Assembly: GCF_009914755.1 (NCBI RefSeq)
Contig: NC_060927.1
DNA: 64,000 nucleotides
Direction: 5' to 3' (one strand)
Source: the human T2T-CHM13v2.0 reference genome, Homo sapiens
Under the pieces are notes generated by a model. The model was not told the origin of the DNA, did not search any database, and worked only from the letters and a program-made list of their open reading frames with translations. Position 1 is the first letter of the stretch. Every line of letters begins with the position of its first letter. A program made the translations under genes and the position numbers. Positions 26,500 to 41,893 of this stretch are shown piece by piece.

Positions 26500-29400
26500 C
26501 TTTTCTATCATAGGCCTCAAACGGCGCTAAATATCCACCTGGAAATTCTACCAAAACTGAGTTTCAAAAGTGCTCTATTGAAAGGAAGCTTCACCTCTGT
26601 GGGTTGAAGGTACACATCACAAAGAAGTTTCTGAGAATTCTTCTGTCTAGTTGTAAATGCAGAAATCACGTTTCAAACGAAGGCCACAAAGAGGTCCAAA
26701 TATCCAGCTGCAGATTCTGCAAAAAGAGGGTTTCAAATCTGCTCCATCAAGAGGAATGTTCAACTCTGTGCGTTGAATGCAAATATCACAAATAATTTTC
26801 TGACAATACTTCTGTCTAGCTTTTATGTGAAGATATTTCCTTTCCTACTGTAGGCCTCAAAACGCTCTAAATATACACTTGCAAATTCCACAAAAAGAGT
26901 GTTTCCAAACTGCTCTATCAAAGGAAGTTTAAACTCTGTCAGCTTAATGCAAGCATCACAAAACAGCTTCGGAGAATGAATCTGCCTAGTTTTTCTGTGA
27001 AGATATTTCTTTTTCTGCCATAGACCTCAAACCGCTGTAAAAATCCACTTGGAAATTCTACAAAAAGAGTATTTCAAAACTCTTCTATCGAAAGGAAGTC
27101 TCAACTCCATGAGTTAAATGCACATATCACAAATAATTTTCTGAGGATTCTTCTTTCAAGTTTTATATGAAGAAATCCCGTTTCCAAAGATGGCCTCAGA
27201 AAAGTCCCAATATACACTTGCAGATTCTACAAAAAGAGTTTTTCAAAACTGCTCTACCAAGAGGAAGGTTAAACACTGTGAGTTGAAGGCACACATCACA
27301 AAGTAGTTTCTGAGAATCATTCTGTCTAGTTTTTCTATGAAGATATTGCCTTTTCCACCATAGGCCTCAAACGGCGCTAAATATCCACTTGGAAATTCTA
27401 CAAAAAGAGAGTTACTAAACTGCTCTATCGAAAGGAAGCTTCAACGCTGCGAGTTGAAAGCACACATCACCAAGAAGTTTATGAGAATTCTTCTGTCTAC
27501 TTTTGTATGAAGCAGTCACGTTTCAAACGAAGGCCACAAAGAGGACCAAATATCCACTTGGAGATTCAACAAAAAGTGTTTTTCAAAACTGCTCCTTCAA
27601 GAGGAATATTCAACTCTGAGAGTTGAAGCCATGTATCACAAAGTAGTTACCGACAATGCTTCTGTCTAGATTTTATGTGAAGACATTCCCTTTTGTACCA
27701 CAGGCCTGAAAGCACTCTAAACATAGAATTGCAAATTCCACAAAAAGAGTGTTGAAAACCGCTCTATCCAAAGAAAGGTTAAACTCTGTCAGCTGAATGC
27801 GCACATCACAGAGCAGCTTCAGAGAACAGTTATGTCTAGTTTTTCTGTGAAGATAGTTTCTCTTCTACATAGGCCTGAAACCGCTCTAAATATTCACTTG
27901 GAAATTCTACAAAAAGAATATTTCAACACTCTTCTATCAAAAGGAAGGTTGAACTCTGAGAGTTAAACGCACACATCACAGAGAAGTTTCTGAGAATTCT
28001 TCTGTCAAGGTTTATATGAAGAAACCCCGTTTCCAATGAAGGCCTCAAAAAAGTCCAAATATTTACTTGCCGATTCCACAGAAAGAGTGTTTCATAACTG
28101 GTCTATCAAAAGAAAGGTTAAACTCAGTGAGTTGAACCCACACATCACAAAGTAGCTTCTGAGAATCATTCTGTCTAGTTCTCCTACGAAGATATTGCCT
28201 TTTCTACCATAGGCCTCAAACGGCGCTAAATATCCACCTGGAAATTCTACCAAAACTGAGTTTCAAAAGTGCTCTATTGAAAGGAAGCTTCACCTCTGTG
28301 GGTTGAAGGTACACATCACAAAGAAGTTTCTGAGAATTCTTCTGTCTAGTTGTAAATGCAGAAATCACGTTTCAAACGAAGGCCACAAAGAGGTCCAAAT
28401 ATCCAGCTGCAGATTCTGCAAAAAGAGGGTTTCAAATCTGCTCCATCAAGAGGAATGTTCAACTCTGTGCGTTGAATGCAAATATCACAAATAAGTTTCT
28501 GACAATACTTCTGTCTAGTTTTTATGTGAAGATATTTCCTTTCCTACTGTAGGCCTCAAAACGCTCTAAATATACACTTGCAAATTCCACAAAAAGAGTG
28601 TTTCCAAACTGCTCTATCAAAGGAAGTTTAAACTCTGTCAGCTTAATGCAAGCATCACAAAACAGCTTCGGAGAATGAATCTGCCTAGTTTTTCTGTGAA
28701 GATATTTCTTTTTCTGCCATAGACCTCAAACCGCTGTAAAAATCCACTTGGAAATTCTACAAAAAGAGTATTTCAAAACTCTTCTATCGAAAGGAAGTCT
28801 CAACTCCATGAGTTAAATGCACATATCACAAATAATTTTCTGAGGATTCTTCTTTCAAGTTTTATATGAAGAAATCCCGTTTCCAAAGATGGCCTCAGAA
28901 AAGTCCCAATATACACTTGCAGATTCTACAAAAAGAGTTTTTCAAAACTGCTCTACCAAGAGGAAGGTTAAACTCTGTGAGTTGAAGGCACACATCACAA
29001 AGTAGTTTCTGAGAATCATTCTGTCTAGTTTTTCTATGAAGATATTGCCTTTTCCACCATAGGCCTCAAACGGCGCTAAATATCCACTTGGAAATTCTAC
29101 AAAAAGAGAGTTACTAAACTGCTCTATCGAAAGGAAGCTTCAACGCTGCGAGTTGAAAGCACACATCACCAAGAAGTTTATGAGAATTCTTCTGTCTACT
29201 TTTGTATGAAGCAGTCACGTTTCAAACGAAGGCCACAAAGAGGACCAAATATCCACTTGGAGATTCAACAAAAAGTGTTTTTCAAAACTGCTCCTTCAAG
29301 AGGAATATTCAACTCTGAGAGTTGAAGCCATGTATCACAAAGTAGTTACCGACAATGCTTCTGTCTAGATTTTATGTGAAGACATTCCCTTTTGTACCAC

Positions 29401-32400
29401 AGGCCTGAAAGCACTCTAAATATAGAATTGCAAATTCCACAAAAAGAGTGTTGAAAACCGCTCTATCCAAAGAAAGGTTAAACTCTGTCAGCTGAATGCG
29501 CACATCACAGAGCAGCTTCAGAGAACAGTTATGTCTAGTTTTTCTGTGAAGATAGTTTCTCTTCTACATAGGCCTGAAACCGCTCTAAATATTCACTTGG
29601 AAATTCTACAAAAAGAATATTTCAACACTCTTCTATCAAAAGGAAGGTTGAACTCTGAGAGTTAAACGCACACATCACAGAGAAGTTTCTGAGAATTCTT
29701 CTGTCAAGGTTTATATGAAGAAACCCCGTTTCCAATGAAGGCCTCAAAAAAGTCCAAATATTTACTTGCCGATTCCACAGAAAGAGTGTTTCATAACTGG
29801 TCTATCAAAAGAAAGGTTAAACTCAGTGAGTTGAACCCACACATCACAAAGTAGCTTCTGAGAATCATTCTGTCTAGTTCTCCTACGAAGATATTGCCTT
29901 TTCTATCATAGGCCTCAAACGGCGCTAAATATCCACCTGGAAATTCTACCAAAACTGAGTTTCAAAAGTGCTCTATTGAAAGGAAGCTTCACCTCTGTGG
30001 GTTGAAGGTACACATCACAAAGAAGTTTCTGAGAATTCTTCTGTCTAGTTGTAAATGCAGAAATCACGTTTCAAACGAAGGCCACAAAGAGGTCCAAATA
30101 TCCAGCTGCAGATTCTGCAAAAAGAGGGTTTCAAATCTGCTCCATCAAGAGGAATGTTCAACTCTGTGCGTTGAATGCAAATATCACAAATAATTTTCTG
30201 ACAATACTTCTGTCTAGCTTTTATGTGAAGATATTTCCTTTCCTACTGTAGGCCTCAAAACGCTCTAAATATACACTTGCAAATTCCACAAAAAGAGTGT
30301 TTCCAAACTGCTCTATCAAAGGAAGTTTAAACTCTGTCAGCTTAATGCAAGCATCACAAAACAGCTTCGGAGAATGAATCTGCCTAGTTTTTCTGTGAAG
30401 ATATTTCTTTTTCTGCCATAGACCTCAAACCGCTGTAAAAATCCACTTGGAAATTCTACAAAAAGAGTATTTCAAAACTCTTCTATCGAAAGGAAGTCTC
30501 AACTCCATGAGTTAAATGCACATATCACAAATAATTTTCTGAGGATTCTTCTTTCAAGTTTTATATGAAGAAATCCCGTTTCCAAAGATGGCCTCAGAAA
30601 AGTCCCAATATACACTTGCAGATTCTACAAAAAGAGTTTTTCAAAACTGCTCTACCAAGAGGAAGGTTAAACACTGTGAGTTGAAGGCACACATCACAAA
30701 GTAGTTTCTGAGAATCATTCTGTCTAGTTTTTCTATGAAGATATTGCCTTTTCCACCATAGGCCTCAAACGGCGCTAAATATCCACTTGGAAATTCTACA
30801 AAAAGAGAGTTACTAAACTGCTCTATCGAAAGGAAGCTTCAACGCTGCGAGTTGAAAGCACACATCACCAAGAAGTTTATGAGAATTCTTCTGTCTACTT
30901 TTGTATGAAGCAGTCACGTTTCAAACGAAGGCCACAAAGAGGACCAAATATCCACTTGGAGATTCAACAAAAAGTGTTTTTCAAAACTGCTCCTTCAAGA
31001 GGAATATTCAACTCTGAGAGTTGAAGCCATGTATCACAAAGTAGTTACCGACAATGCTTCTGTCTAGATTTTATGTGAAGACATTCCCTTTTGTACCACA
31101 GGCCTGAAAGCACTCTAAACATAGAATTGCAAATTCCACAAAAAGAGTGTTGAAAACCGCTCTATCCAAAGAAAGGTTAAACTCTGTCAGCTGAATGCGC
31201 ACATCACAGAGCAGCTTCAGAGAACAGTTATGTCTAGTTTTTCTGTGAAGATAGTTTCTCTTCTACATAGGCCTGAAACCGCTCTAAATATTCACTTGGA
31301 AATTCTACAAAAAGAATATTTCAACACTCTTCTATCAAAAGGAAGGTTGAACTCTGAGAGTTAAACGCACACATCACAGAGAAGTTTCTGAGAATTCTTC
31401 TGTCAAGGTTTATATGAAGAAACCCCGTTTCCAATGAAGGCCTCAAAAAAGTCCAAATATTTACTTGCCGATTCCACAGAAAGAGTGTTTCATAACTGGT
31501 CTATCAAAAGAAAGGTTAAACTCAGTGAGTTGAACCCACACATCACAAAGTAGCTTCTGAGAATCATTCTGTCTAGTTCTCCTACGAAGATATTGCCTTT
31601 TCTACCATAGGCCTCAAACGGCGCTAAATATCCACCTGGAAATTCTACCAAAACTGAGTTTCAAAAGTGCTCTATTGAAAGGAAGCTTCACCTCTGTGGG
31701 TTGAAGGTACACATCACAAAGAAGTTTCTGAGAATTCTTCTGTCTAGTTGTAAATGCAGAAATCACGTTTCAAACGAAGGCCACAAAGAGGTCCAAATAT
31801 CCAGCTGCAGATTCTGCAAAAAGAGGGTTTCAAATCTGCTCCATCAAGAGGAATGTTCAACTCTGTGCGTTGAATGCAAATATCACAAATAAGTTTCTGA
31901 CAATACTTCTGTCTAGTTTTTATGTGAAGATATTTCCTTTCCTACTGTAGGCCTCAAAACGCTCTAAATATACACTTGCAAATTCCACAAAAAGAGTGTT
32001 TCCAAACTGCTCTATCAAAGGAAGTTTAAACTCTGTCAGCTTAATGCAAGCATCACAAAACAGCTTCGGAGAATGAATCTGCCTAGTTTTTCTGTGAAGA
32101 TATTTCTTTTTCTGCCATAGACCTCAAACCGCTGTAAAAATCCACTTGGAAATTCTACAAAAAGAGTATTTCAAAACTCTTCTATCGAAAGGAAGTCTCA
32201 ACTCCATGAGTTAAATGCACATATCACAAATAATTTTCTGAGGATTCTTCTTTCAAGTTTTATATGAAGAAATCCCGTTTCCAAAGATGGCCTCAGAAAA
32301 GTCCCAATATACACTTGCAGATTCTACAAAAAGAGTTTTTCAAAACTGCTCTACCAAGAGGAAGGTTAAACTCTGTGAGTTGAAGGCACACATCACAAAG

Positions 32401-35400
32401 TAGTTTCTGAGAATCATTCTGTCTAGTTTTTCTATGAAGATATTGCCTTTTCCACCATAGGCCTCAAACGGCGCTAAATATCCACTTGGAAATTCTACAA
32501 AAAGAGAGTTACTAAACTGCTCTATCGAAAGGAAGCTTCAACGCTGCGAGTTGAAAGCACACATCACCAAGAAGTTTATGAGAATTCTTCTGTCTACTTT
32601 TGTATGAAGCAGTCACGTTTCAAACGAAGGCCACAAAGAGGACCAAATATCCACTTGGAGATTCAACAAAAAGTGTTTTTCAAAACTGCTCCTTCAAGAG
32701 GAATATTCAACTCTGAGAGTTGAAGCCATGTATCACAAAGTAGTTACCGACAATGCTTCTGTCTAGATTTTATGTGAAGACATTCCCTTTTGTACCACAG
32801 GCCTGAAAGCACTCTAAATATAGAATTGCAAATTCCACAAAAAGAGTGTTGAAAACCGCTCTATCCAAAGAAAGGTTAAACTCTGTCAGCTGAATGCGCA
32901 CATCACAGAGCAGCTTCAGAGAACAGTTATGTCTAGTTTTTCTGTGAAGATAGTTTCTCTTCTACATAGGCCTGAAACCGCTCTAAATATTCACTTGGAA
33001 ATTCTACAAAAAGAATATTTCAACACTCTTCTATCAAAAGGAAGGTTGAACTCTGAGAGTTAAACGCACACATCACAGAGAAGTTTCTGAGAATTCTTCT
33101 GTCAAGGTTTATATGAAGAAACCCCGTTTCCAATGAAGGCCTCAAAAAAGTCCAAATATTTACTTGCCGATTCCACAGAAAGAGTGTTTCATAACTGGTC
33201 TATCAAAAGAAAGGTTAAACTCAGTGAGTTGAACCCACACATCACAAAGTAGCTTCTGAGAATCATTCTGTCTAGTTCTCCTACGAAGATATTGCCTTTT
33301 CTATCATAGGCCTCAAACGGCGCTAAATATCCACCTGGAAATTCTACCAAAACTGAGTTTCAAAAGTGCTCTATTGAAAGGAAGCTTCACCTCTGTGGGT
33401 TGAAGGTACACATCACAAAGAAGTTTCTGAGAATTCTTCTGTCTAGTTGTAAATGCAGAAATCACGTTTCAAACGAAGGCCACAAAGAGGTCCAAATATC
33501 CAGCTGCAGATTCTGCAAAAAGAGGGTTTCAAATCTGCTCCATCAAGAGGAATGTTCAACTCTGTGCGTTGAATGCAAATATCACAAATAATTTTCTGAC
33601 AATACTTCTGTCTAGCTTTTATGTGAAGATATTTCCTTTCCTACTGTAGGCCTCAAAACGCTCTAAATATACACTTGCAAATTCCACAAAAAGAGTGTTT
33701 CCAAACTGCTCTATCAAAGGAAGTTTAAACTCTGTCAGCTTAATGCAAGCATCACAAAACAGCTTCGGAGAATGAATCTGCCTAGTTTTTCTGTGAAGAT
33801 ATTTCTTTTTCTGCCATAGACCTCAAACCGCTGTAAAAATCCACTTGGAAATTCTACAAAAAGAGTATTTCAAAACTCTTCTATCGAAAGGAAGTCTCAA
33901 CTCCATGAGTTAAATGCACATATCACAAATAATTTTCTGAGGATTCTTCTTTCAAGTTTTATATGAAGAAATCCCGTTTCCAAAGATGGCCTCAGAAAAG
34001 TCCCAATATACACTTGCAGATTCTACAAAAAGAGTTTTTCAAAACTGCTCTACCAAGAGGAAGGTTAAACACTGTGAGTTGAAGGCACACATCACAAAGT
34101 AGTTTCTGAGAATCATTCTGTCTAGTTTTTCTATGAAGATATTGCCTTTTCCACCATAGGCCTCAAACGGCGCTAAATATCCACTTGGAAATTCTACAAA
34201 AAGAGAGTTACTAAACTGCTCTATCGAAAGGAAGCTTCAACGCTGCGAGTTGAAAGCACACATCACCAAGAAGTTTATGAGAATTCTTCTGTCTACTTTT
34301 GTATGAAGCAGTCACGTTTCAAACGAAGGCCACAAAGAGGACCAAATATCCACTTGGAGATTCAACAAAAAGTGTTTTTCAAAACTGCTCCTTCAAGAGG
34401 AATATTCAACTCTGAGAGTTGAAGCCATGTATCACAAAGTAGTTACCGACAATGCTTCTGTCTAGATTTTATGTGAAGACATTCCCTTTTGTACCACAGG
34501 CCTGAAAGCACTCTAAACATAGAATTGCAAATTCCACAAAAAGAGTGTTGAAAACCGCTCTATCCAAAGAAAGGTTAAACTCTGTCAGCTGAATGCGCAC
34601 ATCACAGAGCAGCTTCAGAGAACAGTTATGTCTAGTTTTTCTGTGAAGATAGTTTCTCTTCTACATAGGCCTGAAACCGCTCTAAATATTCACTTGGAAA
34701 TTCTACAAAAAGAATATTTCAACACTCTTCTATCAAAAGGAAGGTTGAACTCTGAGAGTTAAACGCACACATCACAGAGAAGTTTCTGAGAATTCTTCTG
34801 TCAAGGTTTATATGAAGAAACCCCGTTTCCAATGAAGGCCTCAAAAAAGTCCAAATATTTACTTGCCGATTCCACAGAAAGAGTGTTTCATAACTGGTCT
34901 ATCAAAAGAAAGGTTAAACTCAGTGAGTTGAACCCACACATCACAAAGTAGCTTCTGAGAATCATTCTGTCTAGTTCTCCTACGAAGATATTGCCTTTTC
35001 TACCATAGGCCTCAAACGGCGCTAAATATCCACCTGGAAATTCTACCAAAACTGAGTTTCAAAAGTGCTCTATTGAAAGGAAGCTTCACCTCTGTGGGTT
35101 GAAGGTACACATCACAAAGAAGTTTCTGAGAATTCTTCTGTCTAGTTGTAAATGCAGAAATCACGTTTCAAACGAAGGCCACAAAGAGGTCCAAATATCC
35201 AGCTGCAGATTCTGCAAAAAGAGGGTTTCAAATCTGCTCCATCAAGAGGAATGTTCAACTCTGTGCGTTGAATGCAAATATCACAAATAAGTTTCTGACA
35301 ATACTTCTGTCTAGTTTTTATGTGAAGATATTTCCTTTCCTACTGTAGGCCTCAAAACGCTCTAAATATACACTTGCAAATTCCACAAAAAGAGTGTTTC

Positions 35401-36400
35401 CAAACTGCTCTATCAAAGGAAGTTTAAACTCTGTCAGCTTAATGCAAGCATCACAAAACAGCTTCGGAGAATGAATCTGCCTAGTTTTTCTGTGAAGATA
35501 TTTCTTTTTCTGCCATAGACCTCAAACCGCTGTAAAAATCCACTTGGAAATTCTACAAAAAGAGTATTTCAAAACTCTTCTATCGAAAGGAAGTCTCAAC
35601 TCCATGAGTTAAATGCACATATCACAAATAATTTTCTGAGGATTCTTCTTTCAAGTTTTATATGAAGAAATCCCGTTTCCAAAGATGGCCTCAGAAAAGT
35701 CCCAATATACACTTGCAGATTCTACAAAAAGAGTTTTTCAAAACTGCTCTACCAAGAGGAAGGTTAAACTCTGTGAGTTGAAGGCACACATCACAAAGTA
35801 GTTTCTGAGAATCATTCTGTCTAGTTTTTCTATGAAGATATTGCCTTTTCCACCATAGGCCTCAAACGGCGCTAAATATCCACTTGGAAATTCTACAAAA
35901 AGAGAGTTACTAAACTGCTCTATCGAAAGGAAGCTTCAACGCTGCGAGTTGAAAGCACACATCACCAAGAAGTTTATGAGAATTCTTCTGTCTACTTTTG
36001 TATGAAGCAGTCACGTTTCAAACGAAGGCCACAAAGAGGACCAAATATCCACTTGGAGATTCAACAAAAAGTGTTTTTCAAAACTGCTCCTTCAAGAGGA
36101 ATATTCAACTCTGAGAGTTGAAGCCATGTATCACAAAGTAGTTACCGACAATGCTTCTGTCTAGATTTTATGTGAAGACATTCCCTTTTGTACCACAGGC
36201 CTGAAAGCACTCTAAATATAGAATTGCAAATTCCACAAAAAGAGTGTTGAAAACCGCTCTATCCAAAGAAAGGTTAAACTCTGTCAGCTGAATGCGCACA
36301 TCACAGAGCAGCTTCAGAGAACAGTTATGTCTAGTTTTTCTGTGAAGATAGTTTCTCTTCTACATAGGCCTGAAACCGCTCTAAATATTCACTTGGAAAT
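26500..36400 (-). repeat. Super-HOR: 2-HOR (20-monomer, 3398 bp) unit repeated about three times
   Basis: SNP ctatcatagg at 26508, 29906, 33304 and SNP taaacatag at 27722, 31120, 34518; all spaced 3398 bp. Confidence 0.9.
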
Positions 36401-39400
36401 TCTACAAAAAGAATATTTCAACACTCTTCTATCAAAAGGAAGGTTGAACTCTGAGAGTTAAACGCACACATCACAGAGAAGTTTCTGAGAATTCTTTTGT
36501 CAAGGTTTATATGAAGAAACCCCGTTTCCAATGAAGGCCTCAAAAAAGTCCAAATATTTACTTGCAGATTCCACAGAAAGAGTGTTTCATAACTGGTCTA
36601 TCAAAAGAAAGGTTAAACTCAGTGAGTTGAACCCACACATCACAAAGTAGCTTCTGAGAATCATTCTGTCTAGTTCTCCTACGAAGATATTGCCTTTTCT
36701 ACCATAGGCCTCAAACGGCGCTAAATATCCACCTGGAAATTCTACCAAAACTGAGTTTCAAAAGTGCTCTATTGAAAGGAAGCTTCACCTCTGTGGGTTG
36801 AAGGTACACATCACAAAGAAGTTTCTGAGAATTCTTCTGTCTAGTTGTAAATGCAGAAATCACGTTTCAAACGAAGGCCACAAAGAGGTCCAAATATCCA
36901 GCTGCAGATTCTGCAAAAAGAGGGTTTCAAATCTGCTCCATCAAGAGGAATGTTCAACTCTGTGCGTTGAATGCAAATATCACAAATAATTTTCTGACAA
37001 TACTTCTGTCTAGCTTTTATGTGAAGATATTTCCTTTCCTACTGTAGGCCTCAAAACGCTCTAAATATACACTTGCAAATTCCACAAAAAGAGTGTTTCC
37101 AAACTGCTCTATCAAAAAAAGTTTAAACTCTGTCAGCTTAATGCAAGCATCACAAAACAGCTTCGGAGAATGAATCTGCCTAGTTTTTCTGTGAAGATAT
37201 TCCTTTTTCTGCCATAGACCTCAAACCGCTGTAAAAATCCACTTGGAAATTCTACAAAAAGAGTGTTTCAAAACTCTTCTATCGAAAGGAAATCTCAACT
37301 CCATGAGTTAAATGCAGATATCACAAATAATTTTCTGAGGATTCTTCTTTCAAGTTTTATATGAAGAAATCCCGTTTCCAAAGATGGCCTCAGAAAAGTC
37401 CCAATATACACTTGCAGATTCTACAAAAAGCGTTTTTCAAAACTGCTCTACCAAAAGGAAGGTTAAACTCTGTGAGTTGAAGGCACACATCACAAAGTAG
37501 TTTCTGAGAATCATTCTGTCTAGTTTTTCTATGAAGATATTGCCTTTTCCACCATAGGCCTCAAACGGCGCTAAATATCCACTTGGAAATTCTACAAAAA
37601 GAGAGTTACTAAACTGCTCTATCGAAAGGAAGCTTCAACGCTGCGAGTTGAAAGCACACATCACGAAGAAGTTTATGAGAATTCTTCTGTCTACTTTTGT
37701 ATGAAGCAGTCACGTTTCAAACGAAGGCCACAAAGAGGACCAAATATCCACTTGGAGATTCAACAAAAAGAGTTTTTCAAAAGTGCTCCTTCAAGAGGAA
37801 TATTCAACTCTGAGAGTTGAAGGCAGGTATCACAAAGTAGTTCCCGACAATGCTTCTGTCTAGATTTTATGTGAAGACATTCCCTTTTGTACCACATGCC
37901 TGAAAGCCCTCTATATATAGAATTGCAAATTCCACAAAATATTGTTGAAAACCGCTCTATCCAAAGAAAGGTTAAAATCTGTCAGCTGAATGCGCACATC
38001 ACAGAGCAGCTTCAGAGAACAGTTATGTCTAGTTTTTCTGTGAAGATAGTTTCTCTTCTACATAGGCCTGTAACCGCTCTAAATATTCACTTGGAAATTC
38101 TACAAAAAGAATATTTCAACACTCTTCTATCAAAAGGAAGGTGGAACTCTGAGAGTTAAACGCACACATCACAGAGAAGTTTCTGAGAATTCTTCTGTCA
38201 AGGTTTATATGAAGAAAGCCCGTTTCCAATGAAGGCCTCAAAAAAGTCCAAATATTTACTTGCCGATTCCACAGAAAGAGGGTTTCATAACTGGTCTATC
38301 AAAAGAAAGGTTAAACTCAGTGAGTTGAACCCACACATCACAAAGTAGCTTCTGAGAATCATTCTGTCTAGTTCTCCTACGAAGATATTGCCTTTTCTAC
38401 CATAGGCCTCAAACGGCGCTAAATATCCACCTGGAAATTCTACCAAAACTGAGTTTCAAAAGTGCTCTATTGAAAGGAAGCTTCACCTCTGTGGGTTGAA
38501 GGTACACATCACAAAGAAGTTTCTGAGAATTCTTCTGTCTAGTTGTAAATGCAGAAATCACGTTTCAAACGAAGGCCACAAAGAGGTCCAAATATCCAGC
38601 TGCAGATTCTGCAAAAAGAGGGTTTCAAATCTGCTCCATCAAGAGGAATGTTCAACTCTGTGCGTTGAATGCAAATATCACAAATAAGTTTCTGACAATA
38701 CTTCTGTCTAGTTTTTATGTGAAGATATTTCCTTTCCTACTGTAGGCCTCAAAACGCTCTAAATATACACTTGCAAATTCCACAAAAAGAGTGTTTCCAA
38801 ACTGCTCTATCAAAGGAAGTTTAAACTCTGTCAGCTTAATGCAAGCATCACAAAACAGCTTCGGAGAATGAATCTGCCTAGTTTTTCTGTGAAGATATTT
38901 CTTTTTCTGCCATAGACCTCAAACCGCTGTAAAAATCCACTTGGAAATTCTACAAAAAGAGTATTTCAAAACTCTTCTATCGAAAGGAAGTCTCAACTCC
39001 ATGAGTTAAATGCACATATCACAAATAATTTTCTGAGGATTCTTCTTTCAAGTTTTATATGAAGAAATCCCGTTTCCAAAGATGGCCTCAGAAAAGTCCC
39101 AATATACACTTGCAGATTCTACAAAAAGAGTTTTTCAAAACTGCTCTACCAAGAGGAAGGTTAAACACTGTGAGTTGAAGGCACACATCACAAAGTAGTT
39201 TCTGAGAATCATTCTGTCTAGTTTTTCTATGAAGATATTGCCTTTTCCACCATAGGCCTCAAACGGCGCTAAATATCCACTTGGAAATTCTACAAAAAGA
39301 GAGTTACTAAACTGCTCTATCGAAAGGAAGCTTCAACGCTGCGAGTTGAAAGCACACATCACCAAGAAGTTTATGAGAATTCTTCTGTCTACTTTTGTAT

Positions 39401-41893
39401 GAAGCAGTCACGTTTCAAACGAAGGCCACAAAGAGGACCAAATATCCACTTGGAGATTCAACAAAAAGTGTTTTTCAAAACTGCTCCTTCAAGAGGAATA
39501 TTCAACTCTGAGAGTTGAAGCCATGTATCACAAAGTAGTTACCGACAATGCTTCTGTCTAGATTTTATGTGAAGACATTCCCTTTTGTACCACAGGCCTG
39601 AAAGCACTCTAAATATAGAATTGCAAATTCCACAAAAAGAGTGTTGAAAACCGCTCTATCCAAAGAAAGGTTAAACTCTGTCAGCTGAATGCGCACATCA
39701 CAGAGCAGCTTCAGAGAACAGTTATGTCTAGTTTTTCTGTGAAGATAGTTTCTCTTCTACATAGGCCTGAAACCGCTCTAAATATTCACTTGGAAATTCT
39801 ACAAAAAGAATATTTCAACACTCTTCTATCAAAAGGAAGGTTGAACTCTGAGAGTTAAACGCACACATCACAGAGAAGTTTCTGAGAATTCTTCTGTCAA
39901 GGTTTATATGAAGAAACCCCGTTTCCAATGAAGGCCTCAAAAAAGTCCAAATATTTACTTGCCGATTCCACAGAAAGAGTGTTTCATAACTGGTCTATCA
40001 AAAGAAAGGTTAAACTCAGTGAGTTGAACCCACACATCACAAAGTAGCTTCTGAGAATCATTCTGTCTAGTTCTCCTACGAAGATATTGCCTTTTCTACC
40101 ATAGGCCTCAAACGGCGCTAAATATCCACCTGGAAATTCTACCAAAACTGAGTTTCAAAAGTGCTCTATTGAAAGGAAGCTTCACCTCTGTGGGTTGAAG
40201 GTACACATCACAAAGAAGTTTCTGAGAATTCTTCTGTCTAGTTGTAAATGCAGAAATCACGTTTCAAACGAAGGCCACAAAGAGGTCCAAATATCCAGCT
40301 GCAGATTCTGCAAAAAGAGGGTTTCAAATCTGCTCCATCAAGAGGAATGTTCAACTCTGTGCGTTGAATGCAAATATCACAAATAAGTTTCTGACAATAC
40401 TTCTGTCTAGTTTTTATGTGAAGATATTTCCTTTCCTACTGTAGGCCTCAAAACGCTCTAAATATACACTTGCAAATTCCACAAAAAGAGTGTTTCCAAA
40501 CTGCTCTATCAAAGGAAGTTTAAACTCTGTCAGCTTAATGCAAGCATCACAAAACAGCTTCGGAGAATGAATCTGCCTAGTTTTTCTGTGAAGATATTTC
40601 TTTTTCTGCCATAGACCTCAAACCGCTGTAAAAATCCACTTGGAAATTCTACAAAAAGAGTATTTCAAAACTCTTCTATCGAAAGGAAGTCTCAACTCCA
40701 TGAGTTAAATGCACATATCACAAATAATTTTCTGAGGATTCTTCTTTCAAGTTTTATATGAAGAAATCCCGTTTCCAAAGATGGCCTCAGAAAAGTCCCA
40801 ATATACACTTGCAGATTCTACAAAAAGAGTTTTTCAAAACTGCTCTACCAAGAGGAAGGTTAAACTCTGTGAGTTGAAGGCACACATCACAAAGTAGTTT
40901 CTGAGAATCATTCTGTCTAGTTTTTCTATGAAGATATTGCCTTTTCCACCATAGGCCTCAAACGGCGCTAAATATCCACTTGGAAATTCTACAAAAAGAG
41001 AGTTACTAAACTGCTCTATCGAAAGGAAGCTTCAACGCTGCGAGTTGAAAGCACACATCACCAAGAAGTTTATGAGAATTCTTCTGTCTACTTTTGTATG
41101 AAGCAGTCACGTTTCAAACGAAGGCCACAAAGAGGACCAAATATCCACTTGGAGATTCAACAAAAAGTGTTTTTCAAAACTGCTCCTTCAAGAGGAATAT
41201 TCAACTCTGAGAGTTGAAGCCATGTATCACAAAGTAGTTACCGACAATGCTTCTGTCTAGATTTTATGTGAAGACATTCCCTTTTGTACCACAGGCCTGA
41301 AAGCACTCTAAATATAGAATTGCAAATTCCACAAAAAGAGTGTTGAAAACCGCTCTATCCAAAGAAAGGTTAAACTCTGTCAGCTGAATGCGCACATCAC
41401 AGAGCAGCTTCAGAGAACAGTTATGTCTAGTTTTTCTGTGAAGATAGTTTCTCTTCTACATAGGCCTGAAACCGCTCTAAATATTCACTTGGAAATTCTA
41501 CAAAAAGAATATTTCAACACTCTTCTATCAAAAGGAAGGTTGAACTCTGAGAGTTAAACGCACACATCACAGAGAAGTTTCTGAGAATTCTTCTGTCAAG
41601 GTTTATATGAAGAAACCCCGTTTCCAATGAAGGCCTCAAAAAAGTCCAAATATTTACTTGCAGATTCCACAGAAAGAGTGTTTCATAACTGGTCTATCAA
41701 AAGAAAGGTTAAACTCAGTGAGTTGAACCCACACATCACAAAGTAGCTTCTGAGAATCATTCTGTCTAGTTCTCCTACGAAGATATTGCCTTTTCTACCA
41801 TAGGCCTCAAACGGCGCTAAATATCCACCTGGAAATTCTACCAAAACTGAGTTTCAAAAGTGCTCTATTGAAAGGAAGCTTCACCTCTGTGGG

